Positions 18,108 to 22,881 of a stretch of DNA of 22,881 bases are shown in pieces. The translations under genes were made by a program, and so were the position numbers. The stretch lies in IMG/VR virus record IMGVR_UViG_2734482777_000003; one strand, written 5' to 3'. A model generated the notes under the pieces. It was given only the letters and a program-made list of their open reading frames with translations. It searched no databases and was not told the DNA's origin. The stretch's first letter is position 1. Every line of letters begins with the position of its first letter. This DNA comes from a virus. Lineage: Duplodnaviria; Heunggongvirae; Uroviricota; Caudoviricetes.

Positions 18108-18113
18108 TCTAAC

Positions 18114-18188
<75 letters not shown>

Positions 18189-18191
18189 ATA

Positions 18192-18267
<76 letters not shown>

Positions 18268-18269
18268 AC

Positions 18270-18346
18270 TGGACCGCCACCGGGGACTCGAACCTCGCAC
18301 ACTCAACTTAAAGGGTTGACGCTCTTTCCTGATGAGCTAGTGGCGG
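18270..18346 (-). tRNA. tRNA-like gene with non-canonical features (anticodon loop CCUUUAA, formally UUU/Lys)
   Basis: Reverse complement reads CCGCCACTAGCTCATCAGGAAAGAGCGTCAACCCTTTAAGTTGAGTGTGCGAGGTTCGAGTCCCCGGTGGCGGTCCA. Cloverleaf is foldable but has C at position 33, a C1-G72 pair and an A-C mismatch in the T stem. May be an unusual phage tRNA or a pseudo-tRNA. Confidence 0.4.
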
Positions 18347-18347
18347 T

Positions 18348-18423
18348 TGGTGGCCCTTGCTGGATTTGAACCAGCGACCTGGCGATTATGAGTCGCTCGC
18401 TCTCACCACTGAGCTAAAGGGCC
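18348..18423 (-). tRNA. tRNA with CAU anticodon, most like tRNA-Ile2 (ileX/ileZ-like; Met cannot be excluded)
   Basis: Reverse complement reads GGCCCTTTAGCTCAGTGGTGAGAGCGAGCGACTCATAATCGCCAGGTCGCTGGTTCAAATCCAGCAAGGGCCACCA. Anticodon loop CUCAUAA; strong resemblance to E. coli ileX. Confidence 0.75.
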
Positions 18424-18540
18424 GGGCGCAGGATAATAACGTTACGAAATCAATGTTGCAAGCATTCAAAAATCACCTGGTTAAAAATCACCCTTACCTC
18501 CTCCACCAGCGCATTCACCATGTCTATCCGAGATAAGTGG

Positions 18541-18574
18541 CACAAAAAACCCGCTTGTGGGCGGGTTTTGTTTG
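18541..18574 (-). terminator. Intrinsic terminator, tR'-like (short late transcript)
   Basis: Plus strand AAAAAACCCGCTTGTGGGCGGGTTTTGTTTG: 6 bp GC stem (ACCCGC/GCGGGT), 6 nt loop, flanked by an A-run and a T-run. Sits about 50-70 nt downstream of the candidate promoter. Confidence 0.5.
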
Positions 18575-18599
18575 CTTTTGCCATCACGTACAAAATCGG

Positions 18600-18650
18600 C
18601 AAAATATCAGATTTGCATGAAATATATGCCTTTCAATCTACTTTTGCAAC
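18600..18650 (-). promoter_or_regulatory. Candidate late promoter (pR'-like) with a -10-like element in the initial transcribed region
   Basis: Minus strand has -35 TTGCAA (about 18644-18649), a 17 nt spacer and -10 TATATT (about 18621-18626), overlapping the end of the Q ORF. A GATATT element lies about 10-15 nt further downstream, as expected for a sigma70-dependent pause used by Q. Confidence 0.35.
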
Positions 18651-19328
18651 ACTTTGCTTTGAAAATGCCGCCTTTTGTTTTGAACGTGTTCTCATTACAA
18701 ACAATAAAGCCTCACTATCAAGTCGGTGAAAAATGTGTTTCATTGCAACCCAGTGACGAGTAAATGTTTTGGACCAGTTTTTAGTTGTCACTCCCGCCAG
18801 TAATGCCAGCTCCTGGTATTCATAACCTTCCCCACCAAAAAGTTCTGCTTTTACTGCCTGCGCCGCCAGCCAGATTAATTTTTTCAGGCGTTCCTGCGTT
18901 TTCCCTGCAATTTTTCTGGTACCGGATTGAGTATTAAATTCATTCCACGCCCACTGTGTTATCGCGATCTGATATTCCCAACAAATACTCCCGCTGTAAC
19001 ACCACAACAACCAGGCTTTATGATGTTCTTCAAGAGACAGAACTGCCCGTCGCCATGATGATGTCGAAAACTCAACCTGACTTACCAGAGCAATTGATGA
19101 GCCTTTCGCCAGTGATTGTTTTCCCGGTATCGGTGGACTATCCCGCGTTATCATTCTTCCAGTCACTTCATCGCGGTACCGGATTTTTTTACGCCTGTAA
19201 CGCCCTGTATCAAACATGGCATTCTCCTGCCAGGCTTCAAGCTGACCTTTTGTTGCCCCACTCAAATCAGCGGTAGCGATAATGAGCTGCTCACGCACAA
19301 ACTGTAAATACTGGTTATTCATGCGCAC
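18633..19328 (-). CDS. Putative late-gene antiterminator Q (QuuQ-like)
   Basis: 231 aa ORF directly downstream of rusA and directly upstream of a promoter/short-terminator pair, the tRNA array and the lysis cassette. Assignment is by synteny; I did not recognise a family by sequence. Confidence 0.5.
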   Translation of the reverse strand: MRMNNQYLQFVREQLIIATADLSGATKGQLEAWQENAMFDTGRYRRKKIRYRDEVTGRMITRDSPPIPGKQSLAKGSSIALVSQVEFSTSSWRRAVLSLEEHHKAWLLWCYSGSICWEYQIAITQWAWNEFNTQSGTRKIAGKTQERLKKLIWLAAQAVKAELFGGEGYEYQELALLAGVTTKNWSKTFTRHWVAMKHIFHRLDSEALLFVMRTRSKQKAAFSKQSVAKVD

Positions 19329-19684
19329 TCCAGTTCTGTGATTTTTATCCCCAGCCGACCACCAGGAACAGGCAGTCCGCGCACAATATTGATTTCATCA
19401 AACTGCTCGTCGTCTATGAGAAGTCCGGCATGCGTCAGCGCATCCAGCGGTGCTTTCAGAATATTGTCCAGATCACGACGGCGCTTATCCGGCGGCTCTG
19501 CGATAACCTTTATCGCCAGCCTTCCGGACAGATTTAATTTCAGCCGCTGCTGGCGAACAATTAGCGCCACATCACGGCGATAACGCTTTCCGGCTTCCGA
19601 GATGAAATACGTATTGCCATGACGTCGCCAGTAGGTATTCACCGTCGGCGGGTAAGGAAAAACAAATTCTATGCGTTCAGTCAT
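19319..19684 (-). CDS. rusA: Crossover junction endodeoxyribonuclease RusA (Holliday junction resolvase)
   Basis: 121 aa MTERIEFVFPYPPTVNTYWRRHGNTYF...DKRRRDLDNILKAPLDALTHAGLLIDDEQ...; the DLDN motif and overall sequence are recognised as RusA. Its ATG overlaps the upstream gene stop. Confidence 0.85.
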   Translation of the reverse strand: MTERIEFVFPYPPTVNTYWRRHGNTYFISEAGKRYRRDVALIVRQQRLKLNLSGRLAIKVIAEPPDKRRRDLDNILKAPLDALTHAGLLIDDEQFDEINIVRGLPVPGGRLGIKITELECA

Positions 19685-20740
19685 TCATGCTTTCCACTTC
19701 AGGACACCCGAATTTCTCGCGTGCATTAAAAAACGAATCAGCAACAACAGCTGGCTGCCGTGTTTTTCTTCAAAATCTTTTACCCCGGCGTGCAGTTCGT
19801 GATGACATTTACGGCACAGCGGAATAACAAACAAATCATCAGCCTTTGTTCCCATCCCTCCCAGTCCATGACCAATGATGTGATGCGGATCATCTGCCTG
19901 ATTACCGCACGTCATGCATTTCTGCGTTTTTACCCAGCGTGTGTATACAGGCATCTCTTCCCGTTGTGGTTTCTGGCGCTGGAGATACTGAGCCGGTGAC
20001 TCCGGATCAACAGCAATGCTGACCACCGTCTTTTCCTGTGGCGGGTTTTGCTGGTGGGCGTGAGGCAGCGGCGCAAGATTTTTTGTGCGCTGCTTCAGTA
20101 TGCTGGTGGCGGTCTGCTCTCCCGGTACGATGTCGCTTTCACGGTACATTGAGCGGATTTTTTCCGCACGCAACCCCAGCGAACGACGTAATACCGCTTC
20201 CGGTAGCGCGTCCGCCACCTGATTGCGGACCGCCCACCAGGATAATTCAGCCAGAGATAATTCACGCTCCTGCGTACCGCTTATTGCGTGACCGATGACG
20301 TCAATCATCCATGCTGACAGGTTTTGATGAGCAAGTTGCTCGAGTGATTCGGATGTCTGGTCACGCAGCTGGTTGTCGCAGTGCCAGCACAACACCATTG
20401 CGCCGGTACCATAACGGTGAATGACGGTTTCGCTGTGATGATAATCGCCGTGTGGCCACTGGCAGGATTTAATATGGCGCAACAGCCAGTCAGACAATGC
20501 ACCAGCACCACCAGCAGCACGAATCACCCGTGCGTTACTGAAAAACGGCAGCAATGTTTTGTCTTCCACCAGCGGCTGGCGAACGGCAGGAACGACCCCG
20601 GACGGCAGATTACGCATGCTTTTCGGTTCCGGCTCCACCAATACCCGGGTATTGTGGAATACCGGCATGGATTCACGGCCCGGCTTAACGATCACCAGCC
20701 CGAGTTCCGGTACCAGAACAGGTCGAAGTAATACCCGCAC
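19685..20740 (-). CDS. DUF968-family phage protein (YdfU-like) with C-terminal HNH/zinc-finger-like motif
   Basis: 351 aa. C-terminus CMTCGNQADDPHHIIGHGLGGMGTKADDLFVIPLCRKCHHELH has a Cys4/His arrangement. Sits upstream of rusA and Q as ydfU does in Qin. Start codon is GTG. Confidence 0.55.
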   Translation of the reverse strand: MRVLLRPVLVPELGLVIVKPGRESMPVFHNTRVLVEPEPKSMRNLPSGVVPAVRQPLVEDKTLLPFFSNARVIRAAGGAGALSDWLLRHIKSCQWPHGDYHHSETVIHRYGTGAMVLCWHCDNQLRDQTSESLEQLAHQNLSAWMIDVIGHAISGTQERELSLAELSWWAVRNQVADALPEAVLRRSLGLRAEKIRSMYRESDIVPGEQTATSILKQRTKNLAPLPHAHQQNPPQEKTVVSIAVDPESPAQYLQRQKPQREEMPVYTRWVKTQKCMTCGNQADDPHHIIGHGLGGMGTKADDLFVIPLCRKCHHELHAGVKDFEEKHGSQLLLLIRFLMHARNSGVLKWKA

Positions 20741-20741
20741 G

Positions 20742-21020
20742 TTACCTCCAGATGCGTTGCTGGAATGTGCGGGACGGACGCGGTGGGCGTTCAGAGTAAG
20801 GAAGCCTGACGGAGATTATCCAGTGACGATAATCGAGGCTGAGGGCTTTCTCAATCTCGTATCCGTGTCTGCGGTAGCACTGAATTAGCCACTCGGCCTG
20901 TTCTTCAGTGCATGGGTCATGCTGGAACCAGTCAGATTTGAAAGTGCGGGAACGCCGCCCGTGCCTGCTGGCAAAGACGGCAAAATCATCAGAATTGTGT
21001 AATTTGGTATCGTGCGCCAT
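20742..21020 (-). CDS. Hypothetical protein (about 92 aa from internal ATG; the track ORF extends to 21101 via TTG)
   Basis: ORF downstream of an intrinsic terminator. The track's TTG start lies inside the terminator T-tract, so I place the start at the internal ATG (MAHDTKLHNSDDF...). No family recognised. Confidence 0.4.
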   Translation of the reverse strand: MAHDTKLHNSDDFAVFASRHGRRSRTFKSDWFQHDPCTEEQAEWLIQCYRRHGYEIEKALSLDYRHWIISVRLPYSERPPRPSRTFQQRIWR

Positions 21021-21102
21021 CGGTTGTCTCTGCTGGCGCAGCAGGTGCCAGTTGTTCAGGCTGGCGTGCGAATTGTAAACCAGAATGCCAGGAAAAAACA
21101 AA

Positions 21103-21126
21103 ACCCGCCGAAGCGGGTATGCTAAA
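21103..21126 (-). terminator. Intrinsic terminator (UUCG tetraloop hairpin plus U-run)
   Basis: Minus strand ACCCGC-UUCG-GCGGGU followed by UUUGUUUUUUCC. Confidence 0.5.
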
Positions 21127-21316
21127 ACAAACTGAAGGTAATATACTGGACTTGTAAAGGAACGAGAGAATAATTATTGGATTAAACCCTGACTCAAGCC
21201 AGATTTCATAGGCAACAACTACGGACTAATCATCACAGTCATGTTTGATAGGCTTAGTCCACATTGGGTGAGGGTTTACGGCGTTTTCACTAATAATTTA
21301 TCGTCCACACTATACA

Positions 21317-21709
21317 CTACTGCCCTGTTTTAACGAAGTTTTTAAAGGAAACAACTGCCTGATAGGGGTTTGGTTGACAGCCAAACATATTATCGCAAAA
21401 AGGCTTGATGAAAATTCTTGAGGATCCATCTTCATTTGGCATTTTACTCACTTGATAAGCGAGGAATGGACTATTTGGAGAGGGATTATAAGTGGAAATT
21501 AGCGTGTCTGTCGCCGTTTGAATTTTCCATGAGGAATTATTAGCCAACCAGAATTGCGCTCGTTTCCAATAAAAGTCACATTGCTTTTCATCATTACATG
21601 TTAGTGGCTTCATTGCTTCTGCTTTCAACGCTGGATCGACCTTTGCTGCACACCCTCCCAACATTACTGTTGCAATCATTACACCTGCGACTAAAACAAG
21701 TTTCTTCAT
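21317..21709 (-). CDS. Putative secreted lipoprotein (130 aa) in an AT-rich moron
   Basis: N-terminus MKKLVLVAGVMIATVMLGGC is a signal peptide with lipobox LGGC; Ala at +2; four further Cys. The gene and flanks are visibly more AT-rich than the surrounding phage genes. No family recognised. Confidence 0.6.
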   Translation of the reverse strand: MKKLVLVAGVMIATVMLGGCAAKVDPALKAEAMKPLTCNDEKQCDFYWKRAQFWLANNSSWKIQTATDTLISTYNPSPNSPFLAYQVSKMPNEDGSSRIFIKPFCDNMFGCQPNPYQAVVSFKNFVKTGQ

Positions 21710-21759
21710 CTCCCTGCCCCATCAATAAAAGTTCGGTTCTCTAATAACTAGAGTTAATC

Positions 21760-21783
21760 AACGGAAAAAACGCCGAAGCGGGT
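21760..21783 (-). terminator. Weak hairpin plus U6 downstream of hok
   Basis: Minus strand CCGC-UUCG-GCG followed by UUUUUU, about 70 nt after the hok stop; the stem is short. Confidence 0.3.
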
Positions 21784-21852
21784 TAAGTGCGGGTGCGTTG
21801 AGGATGCCTGACACATCAGAGGTGGCGAGGGATTTCTCCCCCGCCAGGTCTC

Positions 21853-22008
21853 TTACTCCTCAGGTTCGTAAGCTGTGAAGACAGCGACCTCCGTCTGGCC
21901 GGTTCGGATTCGTACCTCGCAGAGGTCTTTCCTCGTTACCAGTGCCGTCACAATGACGGTAATACAGATGACGATCAGGGCGACTAACATCGCCTTTTGC
22001 TGCTTCAT
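21853..22008 (-). CDS. hok: Hok/Gef-family type I toxin (51 aa membrane peptide)
   Basis: MKQQKAMLVALIVICITVIVTALVTRKDLCEVRIRTGQTEVAVFTAYEPEE is recognised as near-identical to E. coli HokD/RelF. The track ORF 21853..22065 is the same frame extended 19 codons upstream. Confidence 0.85.
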   Translation of the reverse strand: MKQQKAMLVALIVICITVIVTALVTRKDLCEVRIRTGQTEVAVFTAYEPEE

Positions 22009-22299
22009 AGCCTGCTTCTCCTTGCCTTTCGGCACGTAAGAGGCTAACCTAGATTTGCCGTTCATAGATTGAGCCTCAGATTAATGTTAAGCGTCTTGCC
22101 GGACGCGTAATGTTAACTGGGGCTTTTCTCTATCTGCCTTTTGGTGTTCATGCCTGAGACAGATAGCCTCAAGCACCCGCTGCAATTCTACTTAACTCTC
22201 CTTTTCCCGCAAACCGTTTTTATCCCCAGCGGCAAATCGAATACACCACCAGCGCCACCGCCATCGCAATTCCTACCGTTGTGAATGCTTCAGGCCAGG

Positions 22300-22854
22300 T
22301 CATCGATTCACCTCCTGCGGCGGTTCTGGTAGAGGCATCCAGTGAGTTGCCTGCTCAATACCATTACCCGGCTTAATCGTTGTTTCTCCTCGCCGAAAGG
22401 TGCTTCCGGTATAGCGTGCTGAGCATATTAGCGGCTCAACCAGATCACTATCGAAATTCACCGAAATAAGCACGTTCTGATTCTTTTCCGGCATTCGCTC
22501 ACTACAGCTTATCCAACCATCCGGAGTTACCGGAGAGCTGGTTGACGTTTCCGAGATTTCCCGAAAATTGTTGGTTGACGAATTCGTATTTCCCCGAAAT
22601 TTTCCGCCATGAAGCACGGCGGCGTTATATCCATCCGCGAAAATCTCTGCTTCTTCGTTATTCAGTTCGGCACCAAGTTTAAGCGCAATAGCTTTTGCCA
22701 TTGAGGCGGTAATTTGATGGCATGGCTGACGTCCGTGAAGCATGGCGTCGCTCCGCTCTATGCCATCCAGCGCAATTCGAAGCGCATGAATTGTAGTGAT
22801 GCAATCGTTTGGGGTTATTCCGTATCGTTCGAATACAGCGATATGGTTGCGCAT
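22300..22854 (-). CDS. Phage protein with DUF551-like C-terminal region; N-terminus may extend beyond the window
   Basis: 184 aa from the first ATG. C-terminal DGWISCSERMPEKNQNVLI...ATHWMPLPEPP is recognised as DUF551-like. The frame stays open through the 9 codons above the ATG to the window edge. Confidence 0.5.
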   Translation of the reverse strand: MRNHIAVFERYGITPNDCITTIHALRIALDGIERSDAMLHGRQPCHQITASMAKAIALKLGAELNNEEAEIFADGYNAAVLHGGKFRGNTNSSTNNFREISETSTSSPVTPDGWISCSERMPEKNQNVLISVNFDSDLVEPLICSARYTGSTFRRGETTIKPGNGIEQATHWMPLPEPPQEVNR

Positions 22855-22881
22855 AATCGCGGGTGTAAGCTCTTTGTAAGC

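Noticed and set aside
17822-18113. Possible Shiga-toxin (stxAB) or other cargo genes between the tRNA array and the holin
   Set aside because: I looked for them because Stx phages carry stx at this locus, but the spacer is only about 290 bp with no ORF of meaningful length.
18424-18520. Short direct repeat AAAAATCACC (two copies about 16 bp apart) just 5' of the tRNA array
   Set aside because: Only two short copies; could be a tRNA promoter element or chance in an AT-rich spacer. Too weak to call a feature.
21220-21260. 7 bp inverted repeat GGACTAA/TTAGTCC downstream of the lipoprotein gene as a possible terminator
   Set aside because: Short arms, long loop and no following U-run on the transcribed strand; not convincing as an intrinsic terminator.

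Overview
The whole window is the late region of a lambdoid prophage, and every credible gene lies on the minus strand; I found no novel multi-gene system, only a set of small unexplained elements worth checking. Read in the direction of transcription (high to low coordinate) it runs: a DUF551-like protein, a Hok type I toxin, an AT-rich lipoprotein moron, a small unknown gene, a DUF968 (YdfU-like) protein, RusA resolvase, a putative Q-like late antiterminator, a candidate late promoter with a short-transcript terminator, four tightly packed tRNA genes, a phage-21/Qin-type lysis cassette (S21-like pinholin, YdfR-like ORF, SAR endolysin, Rz with embedded Rz1), an HNH endonuclease beside the terminase, TerS, TerL, portal, prohead protease, HK97-fold major capsid protein, four neck proteins, and a lambda-type tail module (V, G/GT with a -1 frameshift site, tape measure H, M, L, K, I and the N-terminal ~441 codons of J, which runs off the window). 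The architecture is a mosaic of an HK97-like head, a lambda-like tail and a Qin-like regulatory/lysis region. The plus-strand ORFs in the track look like antisense shadows. CDS coordinates follow the ORF track; features I placed by hand (tRNAs, hairpins, repeats, refined starts) may be off by a base or two. All family assignments are from reading the translations and from synteny, with no database search run.
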